Assembly (NCBI GenBank): GCA_964524965.1
Contig: CAZGDY010000002.1
Coordinates: 1 to 46,097, forward strand
Source of the DNA: an uncultured Clostridia bacterium
GTDB lineage: Bacteria > Aerophobota > Aerophobia > Aerophobales > B3-G15
Length of the DNA: 46,097 bases
Reading direction: 5' to 3'
Below the pieces are notes generated by a model. That model was not told the origin of the DNA. It was given only the letters and a program-made list of their open reading frames with translations, and searched no databases. The translations under genes were made by a program, and so were the position numbers. Of the stretch, positions 1 through 8,517 are shown piece by piece (position 1 is the first letter of the stretch; every line of letters starts with the position of its first letter).

Positions 1-2
1 TG

Positions 3-362
3 CAGATTTACAAGTGTGAGGTGTGCGGCAATATAGTTGAAGTTCTCCATGCAGGAAAAGGTCAACTTGTTTGTTGCGGGCAACCCATGACCCTCATGAA
101 AGAACAAACCCAGGAACAGGGAAAAGAAAAACATCTTCCTATTATGGAAAAGACAGCCTCTGGAATTAAGGTAAAGGTAGGTTCGGTCCCTCACCCCATG
201 GAAGAGAAACACTACATTGAGTGGGTTCAAATTATCACCAATGGGGAAACCTGGCGTAAATTTCTTTCTCCCGGTGATCCCCCAGAAGCAGAGTTTGCGA
301 TGAGAAAAAAGGCAAAAGCTGTTCGCGAGTATTGTAATATCCATGGTCTATGGAAGGCATAG
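3..362 (+). CDS. dfx: desulfoferrodoxin (2Fe superoxide reductase), 5'-truncated by the window edge
   Basis: The frame is open from nt 3 (..[29 protein letters not shown]). This is the CxxC..CC desulforedoxin-type site. Centre II-type motifs follow ([18 protein letters not shown]). Only a few N-terminal codons are missing. Confidence 0.9.
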   Translation, partial: QIYKCEVCGNIVEVLHAGKGQLVCCGQPMTLMKEQTQEQGKEKHLPIMEKTASGIKVKVGSVPHPMEEKHYIEWVQIITNGETWRKFLSPGDPPEAEFAMRKKAKAVREYCNIHGLWKA

Positions 363-575
363 CCAAACAGATCCTTAGTTAGAATAAGGATTAAAGAGGC
401 GTTGGATCTTAATTCAAAGAGGATTTTATAGCTCTTAATCAAAATGAAGTGAAAGAAAAAGCTTTTTCCCGAGGATGTATAAGAGGAGTCGTCCGGGAAG
501 AAAATAGTAAAAAATGAAAAGAGCGCCACTCACTAATTATTAAAGACACATGCTCTGGATTTTCTAACGGCTGTA

Positions 576-1049
576 TCAAGCAGTTTTCAATTGATAAAGT
601 TTTGTAAGGTGCTTTTTTTCTTCATCTATTAATCTATCTATTGTTTCATGAGTCTCTCCTTTTATCAGATTCTTCATCTCCTGGTAAAACAAAATGGAGT
701 CTTTTTCAAACCCGATTCCCGCCTCAATAGCTTCCCTTTCGTCTTTACTCTTCCGGGCTACTTCCTCTCCCATTTTCTCTTCGGTGAACACATAGTTTTC
801 CGAGAGGGCTTTGAGATAAGCAAAATAATCTTCAGGATAGGACTCGAGAGGCTCATATTTTTCAACCCCGGAAAGGATTTCTTTAAATACTTTTATGTGC
901 TTTTCCTCTTCGCTCTCTAAAAATAGGAATGCTTCTTTTACTTTTTCTGTTTTTGCCAATTTAGTCACCCTAGAATAAAAATCCTTACCGTTTTTCTCTA
1001 TTTGGATACCCATTTGAACCACTTCACTAACTGAGAAAAATCTTCCCAT
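576..1049 (-). CDS. ferritin-like / rubrerythrin-domain diiron protein
   Basis: Two E..ExxH pairs are present (ESEEEKHIKVF and IDEEKKHLTKL), typical of a four-helix-bundle diiron protein. I moved the start to the ATG at 1049 because AAGGAGGA lies 5 nt upstream of it. The listed ORF start at 1067 has no RBS. Confidence 0.7.
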   Translation of the reverse strand: MGRFFSVSEVVQMGIQIEKNGKDFYSRVTKLAKTEKVKEAFLFLESEEEKHIKVFKEILSGVEKYEPLESYPEDYFAYLKALSENYVFTEEKMGEEVARKSKDEREAIEAGIGFEKDSILFYQEMKNLIKGETHETIDRLIDEEKKHLTKLYQLKTA

Positions 1050-1322
1050 TCTATCCTCCTTTTTCATAGCAGCTTAGTTTATATAAAAGACTAAATATAG
1101 TATGAACACATTGAAGATTCTGTCAACTTTAGCTCTAATCAAAGAAAATTCTTATATTTCCTACTTCTTGTCAAATTCTGCAGCTAATTTTCTCTCAAAA
1201 AAAACCTTTTTCTTTCCCTGGTATATTCCCGATAGGATTTTCTAAATATTTTCCATAATTTCTATCGTTACACCTGGAAGATTATTATCCTTACTCTGAA
1301 AAGGCCTCTTAGTAAAACTCTC

Positions 1323-1350
1323 TTGACCTGCAACAAGAATTTACTAAGAT
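1323..1350 (+). promoter_or_regulatory. sigma70-like promoter for the tusA-like/dsrE-like/iscS/iscU cluster
   Basis: TTGACC (1323-1328), a 16 nt spacer, then TAAGAT (1345-1350). The TTG that opens the listed ORF 1323..1622 is the -35 hexamer itself. Confidence 0.45.
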
Positions 1351-1388
1351 TGAATATGAATAAGTTTATGATGTTTTTGGGAGCAGAT

Positions 1389-1622
1389 ATGAACAAAAAA
1401 ACTGTCAGGGTAGTTGACTGTCTAAATGACAATTGTCCCATGCCCCTAGTCAAGACCAGGGATGCCATAATGAAAGCTAAGCAAGGAGATGTGATTAAGG
1501 TAGTTGGCACCCATGGACAGTCTTTCGAAGAGGTACCCCTGGCACTGGAAGCGATGGGAAAAAAAATTCTCGAGAGAAGTAAGGATAGCGAAGAGAAATG
1601 GTACATCGTTTTTGTGGTCTGA
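1389..1622 (+). CDS. TusA/SirA-family sulfur carrier protein
   Basis: About 77 aa with the family-defining Cys-Pro-x-Pro motif (DNCPMPLVKTRDAI). Start placed at ATG 1389, with GGGAG upstream, downstream of the promoter. Confidence 0.8.
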   Translation: MNKKTVRVVDCLNDNCPMPLVKTRDAIMKAKQGDVIKVVGTHGQSFEEVPLALEAMGKKILERSKDSEEKWYIVFVV

Positions 1623-1793
1623 GAGAGCTAGTGAAAGGATTCTATTCAGACTTCTTAACCCTTTTTTCACCTGGTCAGGGAAATAGTTAAGAGACTAAAA
1701 GGCAAAAACGCCAGAGCGTATGCTTCCTTATGTGCCGGAAAGATGGTAATAACCCTTACGAGAGGGGTGTTAACGGTATTGGAGGGTTAGACT

Positions 1794-2216
1794 ATGAAGG
1801 AGAAAAAAGCAACTATTATTGTACACAGTGGAGATTTTGATAAGGTTATGAGTGCTTTAATAGTTGGCAATGGGTTTCTTTCCATGGGGATATCGGTAAG
1901 TATGTTTTTCACCTTCTGGGGGCTGAGAACTCTGAGAAAAAATGGTTTTAAAAAAAGTCCTCTTTCTAAGATGAATCTTTTCGGTCTGGGAAAAATGATG
2001 ATAAAGACCAAGATGAAAAAATATAACGTTGCTTCTTTGGAAACACTAGCAGAAAGCTTTATAAAACTTGGGGGAAAGATTATCGCCTGTACTATGACTA
2101 TGGAGCTAATGGGCTTAGAAAAAAAAGACTTGCGGGAAGATTTAGTCACTGAATATGGAACAGTGGGTAAATATTGTTACCTGACTAAGGATGCAACTAT
2201 TACTCTTTTTATCTGA
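1794..2216 (+). CDS. DsrE/DsrF-like (COG2210-type) sulfur-relay family protein
   Basis: 140 aa. N-terminal ATIIVHSGDFDKV..ALI and ..GGKIIACTMTMELMG, with a conserved-position Cys, fit the DsrE-like fold. RBS GGAGGG lies 7 nt upstream. Adjacent to the TusA homologue. Confidence 0.65.
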   Translation: MKEKKATIIVHSGDFDKVMSALIVGNGFLSMGISVSMFFTFWGLRTLRKNGFKKSPLSKMNLFGLGKMMIKTKMKKYNVASLETLAESFIKLGGKIIACTMTMELMGLEKKDLREDLVTEYGTVGKYCYLTKDATITLFI

Positions 2217-2227
2217 GGAGAAACCTC

Positions 2228-3403
2228 ATGGAAATCAGAAAAGTTTATCTTGACAATAATGCCACCACCCGGGTAGATGATGCGGTGGTAGATTATATGA
2301 ACACCTTTCACCTCTGGAATTATGCTGTTGCTTCCTCTCAGTTTTCTCACACTCCCGGAATTATGGCCAAGGAAGCGGTAGAGAAAACCAGAATCATCTT
2401 AGCCGAAAAAATTAACGCCACGCCAGATGAAATCATATTTACTTCAGGAGCTACTGAATCAAATAATCTTGCTTTAAAGGGCGTCGCTGCTGCTGCCAAA
2501 AAGGGAAAGAGAAATAAAATAATAATTTCCCCAATAGAAGAATTATCAGTTCTTAATACCGCTAAGGCTTTGGCAAAATCTGGGTTCCAAATAGAGTACC
2601 TGAATGTAGACGATGAAGGCTTTGTTGATATCGACCATTTACGCTCTCTCCTGGACCATAAGACACTCCTGGTAAGTATTATGTATGCCAACCACGAAGT
2701 AGGAACGATTCAGGATATCAAACTCATATCAAATATCGTACATCAGTACGGAGCTTACCTACACACTGATGCTGCTGTGGCATTTTTACAGGTAGATATT
2801 GACGTGGCTAAGGAGAACATTGATTTAATGAGTCTCACTGCCCACACGGTTTATGGACCAAAAGGAGTTGGGGCTCTTTTCTGGAAAAAAGGAACCCGAA
2901 TAAAAAGAATTATGGAAGGTGGATTCCAAGAATTCAATTTGAGACCAGGAACAGAAAATGTTGCCGGTATTGCCGGTTTAGGTAAAGCAATAGAGGTTTT
3001 TTCTAAAAAAGATCTTGTGCGAGTAAGAGAGCTTAGAGATTATCTTTGCCATGAACTGAAGGCAAATATTAAAGGAGTCTCGCTTAACGGCGCCTCAGAC
3101 TTCAAACAAAGAATCCCCAATAATTTGAATCTTTCCTTTCAGTACGTGGAAGGGGAATCAGTTATTTTACACCTTGATATGCGAGGCATCGCTGTAATTA
3201 CAGGGTCTGCCTGTTTTTCCCGGGCTCTTCAGGCCAGCCATGTCTTACTGGCCATGGGTTTTTCCCATGAAAGAGCTCACGGCTCAATAAGGTTTTCTCT
3301 AAGTAAATACCTGAACAAAGAAGATATGGAATACACAGTGGAAAATGTGAAAGAAGTAATTGAGAAACTCAGAGAAATGAGTCCTTTGTCTAAGAACGAA
3401 TAA
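2228..3403 (+). CDS. IscS/NifS-family class V aminotransferase-fold protein (cysteine desulfurase homologue lacking the PLP lysine)
   Basis: Collinear with IscS: SGATESNN, ANHEVGTIQ, LHTDAA, GPKGVGALF, NLSFQYVEGES, the catalytic-loop GSAC and SIRFSL. The position aligned to the Schiff-base Lys (SGHK in IscS) reads AHT (ACG, 2846-2848). Confidence 0.85.
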   Translation: MEIRKVYLDNNATTRVDDAVVDYMNTFHLWNYAVASSQFSHTPGIMAKEAVEKTRIILAEKINATPDEIIFTSGATESNNLALKGVAAAAKKGKRNKIIISPIEELSVLNTAKALAKSGFQIEYLNVDDEGFVDIDHLRSLLDHKTLLVSIMYANHEVGTIQDIKLISNIVHQYGAYLHTDAAVAFLQVDIDVAKENIDLMSLTAHTVYGPKGVGALFWKKGTRIKRIMEGGFQEFNLRPGTENVAGIAGLGKAIEVFSKKDLVRVRELRDYLCHELKANIKGVSLNGASDFKQRIPNNLNLSFQYVEGESVILHLDMRGIAVITGSACFSRALQASHVLLAMGFSHERAHGSIRFSLSKYLNKEDMEYTVENVKEVIEKLREMSPLSKNE

Positions 3404-3415
3404 GGAGGGGGAATA

Positions 3416-4075
3416 ATGTCCTTACCATATTCAGAGAAAGTTATAGAATATTTCAGGCACCCAAAAAACGTGGGAGAAATAGACAATCCTGATGCCAGTG
3501 CCACCGAAGGTTCCCCGGCTTGCGGTGACATGGTGAAATTGTCTTTAAAAATCAACCCTGAAACAAAAATCATAGATGACATTAAATTCAAATCCTACGG
3601 GTGTGCCTCCAATATTGCTACTGCTTCCATCCTAACCGAACTTGCCAAAGGAAAAACCATCAATGAGGCTAAAAAGATTACCTGGAAAAAGGCGTCTGAG
3701 AATCTTGGTGGTTTACCACCGGTAAAAGTTCATTGTGCGGTTTTAGCAGTTGGTGCTCTGAAAAAGGCTATTGAAAACTACGAACACCAGCAAGGACTGG
3801 TAAAAAATAAGGTACCTACTGACGATAAGATAATTCAAAAGCGCCTAAAACATGTCGTCAACCCCCTCACTGGACTGCACGTCTTACGAGCAAATTTTGT
3901 CAGGGATTTCGAAATAAAAAATGGCTTAATTAAAATCTATCTCACCCTTCCAAGTGACCATCAATTTGCCCAAAATATGAGAGAAACAATCAAGGAAAGA
4001 CTGGAGCCTCTGTGGGATATTAAAGAGGTCAAAGTGATCTTCGAGAACCAGGAAGACCAGGCTGATAAGATGTGA
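3416..4075 (+). CDS. iscU: IscU/NifU-N Fe-S scaffold fused to a C-terminal DUF59/MIP18-like domain
   Basis: Residues 1-130 carry the IscU ligands (GSPACGD, YGCASNIATAS, LPPVKVHCAVLA). The roughly 75 aa C-terminal segment (VVNPLTGLHVLRANFVRDFEIKNGLIKIYLTLPS...) follows the DUF59 pattern. RBS AAGGAGGGGG is present. Confidence 0.8.
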   Translation: MSLPYSEKVIEYFRHPKNVGEIDNPDASATEGSPACGDMVKLSLKINPETKIIDDIKFKSYGCASNIATASILTELAKGKTINEAKKITWKKASENLGGLPPVKVHCAVLAVGALKKAIENYEHQQGLVKNKVPTDDKIIQKRLKHVVNPLTGLHVLRANFVRDFEIKNGLIKIYLTLPSDHQFAQNMRETIKERLEPLWDIKEVKVIFENQEDQADKM

Positions 4076-4217
4076 GAAGGAATGATGAAACTTATCAACC
4101 AAACTCCCAATCCCCCAACTTCACTCGTGTATCTAAGACCGTTCCTCTTTCATCTTCTGATGAAAAACAGCAGGAGAAAGAATTTTGAGTTAATTCTCTA
4201 TCCCCGTATCCCCGGTG

Positions 4218-5081
4218 TTAACTTTTTTTTGAATCAATTAATCCCTGTAGTTTCGCAAGATTAAGTTCTTTTTTGTATAAAGGGTTTTCCCCTTCTTGAT
4301 AAACACCTACATTATCTTTAAAGGGTGATCTATGCGCATTCAAATACAGAACACCTAAGGGAAACTTTCCTTCCTCCGTTGCCCTTCTAAAAGCTTGTTC
4401 TCTGTTTGTTGGATCGTAAGATTCTTCAAGATAGTAAGTATTTTTCTTGAACCACTGGTAAGTATTTACTTTATTGTAAGTGACGCAAGGCTGAAGCGTA
4501 TCTACAAGAGCAAAACCCCTATGTTGGATGGCTCTCTTCATAATTTTGATCGTTTCTTTCTCATCTCCACAATAAGCTCTCGCCACAAAAGACGCATTGA
4601 GGGAAATCGCAACTGCCAGAGGGTTAAAAGGCTCAAGAGCTACGCCTTGCACCTGCACAGGGGTTTTAAATTCGCGCTGGCTAGTGGGAGATGCCTGCCC
4701 CTTAGTTAGACCATAAACCATGTTGTTATGAACAATCATAGTAATATCTACATTTCTCCGAATTGCATATAAGAAGTGATTTCCTCCCTCCGCATACATG
4801 CAACCGTCACCACTTTCAGCTATTACCATAAGTTGAGAATTAGCAAGCTTTATGGCAGTTGCTACCGGCAAAGATCGTCCGTGCAATCCGTTGAACACGT
4901 TGGTCTTCAAATACTGAGGAATTTTCGCTGCTTGCCCTATTCCTGATACCAAGACCAGGTTCTCTGGAGGTATATTTAAATCTCCAAGAGTTTGTTTGAG
5001 TATTTTAAGAATAAGAAAGTTACCGCACCCAGGACACCAGGCGATATCAGCATCATTCATATCAAAAATTCTTGCATCCAT
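4218..5081 (-). CDS. korB: 2-oxoacid:ferredoxin oxidoreductase, beta (TPP-binding) subunit
   Basis: WCPGCGNF near the N-terminus and a GDG..N TPP motif ([14 protein letters not shown]). About 287 aa, immediately downstream of the alpha subunit. Confidence 0.9.
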   Translation of the reverse strand: MDARIFDMNDADIAWCPGCGNFLILKILKQTLGDLNIPPENLVLVSGIGQAAKIPQYLKTNVFNGLHGRSLPVATAIKLANSQLMVIAESGDGCMYAEGGNHFLYAIRRNVDITMIVHNNMVYGLTKGQASPTSQREFKTPVQVQGVALEPFNPLAVAISLNASFVARAYCGDEKETIKIMKRAIQHRGFALVDTLQPCVTYNKVNTYQWFKKNTYYLEESYDPTNREQAFRRATEEGKFPLGVLYLNAHRSPFKDNVGVYQEGENPLYKKELNLAKLQGLIDSKKS

Positions 5082-5084
5082 GGG

Positions 5085-6821
5085 TCATTCCTCCTTTTCC
5101 AGTAGCTCTTTTACACCTTTCAATATCTCCTCCACTGAAAACGGAAGACCGTTATATTTCAGAATTCTTTTTCGAATCTCACAACCTGAAAAATGCTCTA
5201 CCAGATTACCAAATTGTGATGTTGCATTGTTCTCCACAACTATGCAACGCTTTGCCTTACGAAGGTATTCGACGACAGAAGAAGACAGTGGATATACTTG
5301 TCTAAAATGAAGAAAGGAAACATCCTCCCTCGCCAAGAGAGACAATGCTTCCTTAATTGCAGCCCGGGTTGAACCCCATCCCAAAATGAGAGTTGTGTAA
5401 TTATTACCACCTATCAGCTCTGGTGAAATAGTATCTTCTTTGATAAGATTCAACTTACGCAATCTTTTCTCCACCATTTTTATTCTGACATCAGAGTCTT
5501 CTGTAATATGTCCTTCTTCATCGTGCTCATCGCTGTCCACCACCACCAGGCCATCACCAAATCCGGGGACACCCCGGGGAGAGATGCCATCTTCAGTGAT
5601 TCTGTACCTCTTGTAGCCTTTTTCCGTCTTAATAATACGTTTTTCCACTTTCAACCCAGATAAATCAAGTGAAGGGAGCTGATAGGAAGAGTCAAGAAGA
5701 TACTGGTCAGTGAGAACAAAGACAGGAATTTGGTACTTATCAGCAATGTTAAACGCCTTCTGCGTAAGATAAAAGGTATCCTCTAAGCTTCCAGGCGCAA
5801 GAATAATACGCGGAAACTCACCGTGACCTGCCTTTAGCACGAAATCAAGATCCCCCTGCTCCGTCCTGGTGGGAAGTCCCGTGGCTGGTCCCGGCCTCTG
5901 ACCTATGTGTATGACTATCGGCATTTCCATAGCACCAGCTAAACTCAACCCCTCTACCATTAATGCAAAACCCCCTCCAGAAGTTGAAGCCATTGCCCTT
6001 GCCCCTGCATACCATGCGCCGATCGCCATGTTTATGGCGCTGATTTCGTCCTCTGCTTGCTCGACAAGAAGACCAAACTCTTTCCCGTGCTGAGCTAAAA
6101 ACACGGCAACTGAGGTAGCGGGGGACATAGGATAAAAGGAGACAAAATTGCAACCACCTGCAATGGCACCCAACGCAACCGCTTCTGCACCAGTGAGGAT
6201 AATTCCATCTTTGGTCTTCTCATCGACTCTTATGTCAATGTCAATTTTTCCCGAAGCAAGAAATTCTTTCCCAATATCATAACCTTTTCTTGCTGCTTCA
6301 ATATTTTTCTGAACAATATCTTTACTCTTTCTGGCAAAATAATCACGTAGGAAGTTATCCACTATTTCGGGGTTCACCCTGAAAAATCCCGAAAGCAACC
6401 CAACCCCAACTATATTGGCATAGATTTTGCTACCGACAACGGATGCAATCTTTGAGAAAGGAACGTCTATCAGAGTCCCCTTTCCTCTTTTCCCTTCTTC
6501 TAATAGACTGTCTTTTTCTGTCAAAATAATTGTTTCAGGTGATAATCTATTTTCCAGGCGAGTAATAGCAGTTCTGGTAAAAGGAACGAGTATGTCAATT
6601 CTGTCCAGAAAAGAAGCTACAGAGTGCGATGACACACGTATCTCGGTAGAATTAACACCACCCCTAATGCGGGACATAAACTCTTTTGTGGAAAAAACAT
6701 GGTAACCAGAGCGTTTTAGGACTCGAGTCAAGATATAATCAACAGTTTGAATACCCTGTCCTGCCTCACCTGCCAGAACTATTGACACGTTATCCTTGCC
6801 TTTAAATCTAAGTGGGCCCAT
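5085..6821 (-). CDS. korA: 2-oxoacid:ferredoxin oxidoreductase, fused gamma-alpha subunit
   Basis: N-terminal gamma-type domain (IVLAGEAGQGIQT), then alpha-domain motifs (YPMSPAT, GGGFALM, RPGPATGLPT). 578 aa. Substrate specificity is not determinable from sequence. Confidence 0.9.
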   Translation of the reverse strand: MGPLRFKGKDNVSIVLAGEAGQGIQTVDYILTRVLKRSGYHVFSTKEFMSRIRGGVNSTEIRVSSHSVASFLDRIDILVPFTRTAITRLENRLSPETIILTEKDSLLEEGKRGKGTLIDVPFSKIASVVGSKIYANIVGVGLLSGFFRVNPEIVDNFLRDYFARKSKDIVQKNIEAARKGYDIGKEFLASGKIDIDIRVDEKTKDGIILTGAEAVALGAIAGGCNFVSFYPMSPATSVAVFLAQHGKEFGLLVEQAEDEISAINMAIGAWYAGARAMASTSGGGFALMVEGLSLAGAMEMPIVIHIGQRPGPATGLPTRTEQGDLDFVLKAGHGEFPRIILAPGSLEDTFYLTQKAFNIADKYQIPVFVLTDQYLLDSSYQLPSLDLSGLKVEKRIIKTEKGYKRYRITEDGISPRGVPGFGDGLVVVDSDEHDEEGHITEDSDVRIKMVEKRLRKLNLIKEDTISPELIGGNNYTTLILGWGSTRAAIKEALSLLAREDVSFLHFRQVYPLSSSVVEYLRKAKRCIVVENNATSQFGNLVEHFSGCEIRKRILKYNGLPFSVEEILKGVKELLEKEE

Positions 6822-6914
6822 ATCAGTGACTCCTCGCTCATAAAATGGATCGTGCTATGGTTCATCCCCTCATTTTTTAGTTCCAGACATTATTAATTTA
6901 TCATGATTGGTACA

Positions 6915-6942
6915 ATAATATATCATAGAAAAGGGACGTCAA
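6915..6942 (-). promoter_or_regulatory. sigma70-like promoter for korAB
   Basis: Minus strand reads TTGACG (6942-6937), a 16 nt spacer, then TATTAT (6920-6915). It lies about 90 nt upstream of the korA ATG, which has a GAGGAG RBS. Confidence 0.45.
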
Positions 6943-7327
6943 CTACTCGCATTAAACCATGTAAAAAAGATATCTAAAAAACTAATAAGTTTTCGGTTAG
7001 TCAAAACGATTTACTTTATTTTGACTTAATTATTAGCCATTTGTAGTGAAAATGGCCCAGAAAACGAGTATTTTTCAATAAATTTCCCCTACTTTTGGAA
7101 TTGAACCAGAGTTTTTTAGAAGTCTCGGGTTAAATAATTTGACACGGGAATTCAGTTCAACAATATTTGGGTATTCATCAAAGCTTTGAGGTCAAATAAA
7201 TTCTGGTAAATTAGTAGGGAAAAATGGGGGAGGCTATTTGAACTTTCTTGGGCAAAATCATTAAATTCATTGATGTTTAAGCGATTCGAGTCCCTGGTAC
7301 CTTCTCTTCGATATTCAATCCGTGTTC

Positions 7328-7356
7328 TTGACCATAAAAATATGTAGCCGTATAAT
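7328..7356 (+). promoter_or_regulatory. sigma70-like promoter for the dehydrogenase/kinase/aldolase/MFS module
   Basis: TTGACC (7328-7333), a 17 nt spacer, then TATAAT (7351-7356). An everted repeat ATAGTA-N13-TACTAT (7359-7383) sits at the predicted transcription start. Confidence 0.55.
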
Positions 7357-7491
7357 AAATAGTATATAGATATTTACTACTATAAGCAAAAATATTAATA
7401 AAGTAAGGCATATCATTTAAAAGAAAGCATTGTATCGTATTATAGGGATAAGTACATAACCACTCTAAAGGCCTAAATTAAGGAGAACAAT

Positions 7492-8517
7492 ATGAGTAGA
7501 TATAAAGCTGCGGCAATAGTTGAACCGGGAAAAATTGAATTGGTCGAAAAGGAACTACCTGCTCTTGGGGATGGCGAGGTCTTAATAAAGATAAAGGCAT
7601 GCGGAATATGCACATTGGAGAAACGTCTTTACACCGGAAAAATGAAGATATTTTACCCTATTATCGGAGGACACGAGGCTTCCGGGGAAATAATAGATCC
7701 CGGAGATACCCACTTCAAGGAAGGAGACCGCGTAGTGATGGACCTTTTAAATCGTTGTGGTGAATGTCATTTCTGTCGGACCGGACACAGTAATCACTGT
7801 ATAAATCAGTTTAAGGGACGAGGTGGAATACTTGGTGGATTTTCCGAGTATATCGTCATTCCTTCCAAGGAAGTTTATAAAATAAATAAAGAAGTTCCTT
7901 TTGATTATGCCACCTTAACCGAGCCACTTTCCGACTGTATTCACAGTTGTATGCAAACACATCTTTCTCCGGAATACAAAGTAATCATCATCGGGGCCGG
8001 AACCATGGGGCTTCTTCACCTATTGATTATGAAGCGATACAGTATCTGGACAATAGTCACAGATATCGATGATAATAAATTAAACGTTGCCCGAAAATGC
8101 GGGGCGGATTACGTTATCAATGCCAAAAAGGAAGATGTAGTAAAAAAAGTTAAAGAACTTACAGGAGGGATGGGATGCAACGTAGTTTTTATAACAGCTC
8201 CGGGCAAAGATTCCCATTTAATGGCGTTTTTGCTTGTTAGTGTAATGGGCACGATTAATTTTTATGCCGCTAATTATCCGGCCATTGAAATTCCGCTCAA
8301 TCCTAACCTATTACATTACAAAGAAATCACCCTGACCGGCAGTGAGAGTAAAACTGAAAAAGATTTTTATAAGGCGGTAATGTTCCAAAATTCTATGAAT
8401 ATTAATTTATCTTTACTTATCTCTAAGAAATTCCCTTTTATAAAGATTAAGGACGCCATGGAGGCAGCTCTTAGCCCATCGACTTACCGAATCATTCTGG
8501 AAATGGAGGATTCATGA
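7492..8517 (+). CDS. zinc-dependent medium-chain dehydrogenase (polyol/threonine dehydrogenase family)
   Basis: Catalytic zinc motifs CGIC and GGHEASGEI, structural zinc CGECHFCRTGHSNHC, and a Rossmann GAGTMG. RBS AAGGAGA. Confidence 0.85.
   Translation: MSRYKAAAIVEPGKIELVEKELPALGDGEVLIKIKACGICTLEKRLYTGKMKIFYPIIGGHEASGEIIDPGDTHFKEGDRVVMDLLNRCGECHFCRTGHSNHCINQFKGRGGILGGFSEYIVIPSKEVYKINKEVPFDYATLTEPLSDCIHSCMQTHLSPEYKVIIIGAGTMGLLHLLIMKRYSIWTIVTDIDDNKLNVARKCGADYVINAKKEDVVKKVKELTGGMGCNVVFITAPGKDSHLMAFLLVSVMGTINFYAANYPAIEIPLNPNLLHYKEITLTGSESKTEKDFYKAVMFQNSMNINLSLLISKKFPFIKIKDAMEAALSPSTYRIILEMEDS

Noticed and set aside
227-529. Listed antisense or overlapping ORFs throughout the window. Examples: 227..529(-), 648..920(+), 1268..1606(-), 2347..2691(-), 4395..4709(+), 5845..6153(-), 9042..9341(-), 16895..17173(-), 18560..18889(+), 29500..29767(+), 34840..35106(+), 39221..39574(+), 40069..40326(+).
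   Set aside because: Each lies inside or opposite a much longer ORF with clear family motifs. They have low-complexity or Ser/Leu/Phe/Ile-rich translations typical of shadow frames in AT-rich DNA, and they lack convincing RBSs.
1623-1793. Possible riboswitch or leader in the 171 nt spacer between the tusA-like and dsrE-like genes.
   Set aside because: I could not match it to any riboswitch consensus I know (SAM, Moco, c-di-GMP and others) or draw a convincing conserved fold. It is left unassigned and mentioned under the cluster finding.
4082-4264. 60 aa ORF in the convergent gap between the IscU fusion and korB.
   Set aside because: It overlaps the korB 3' end, has no recognisable motif and a proline- and leucine-rich low-complexity translation, and lies where two convergent transcripts end.
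7281-7305. tRNA or tmRNA gene suggested by GATTCGAGTCCCTGGTACC.
   Set aside because: No acceptor-stem partner, D-arm or anticodon arm can be drawn around it, and there is no CCACCA tmRNA end nearby. It is at most a degenerate fragment, and I kept it only as a detail of the spacer finding.
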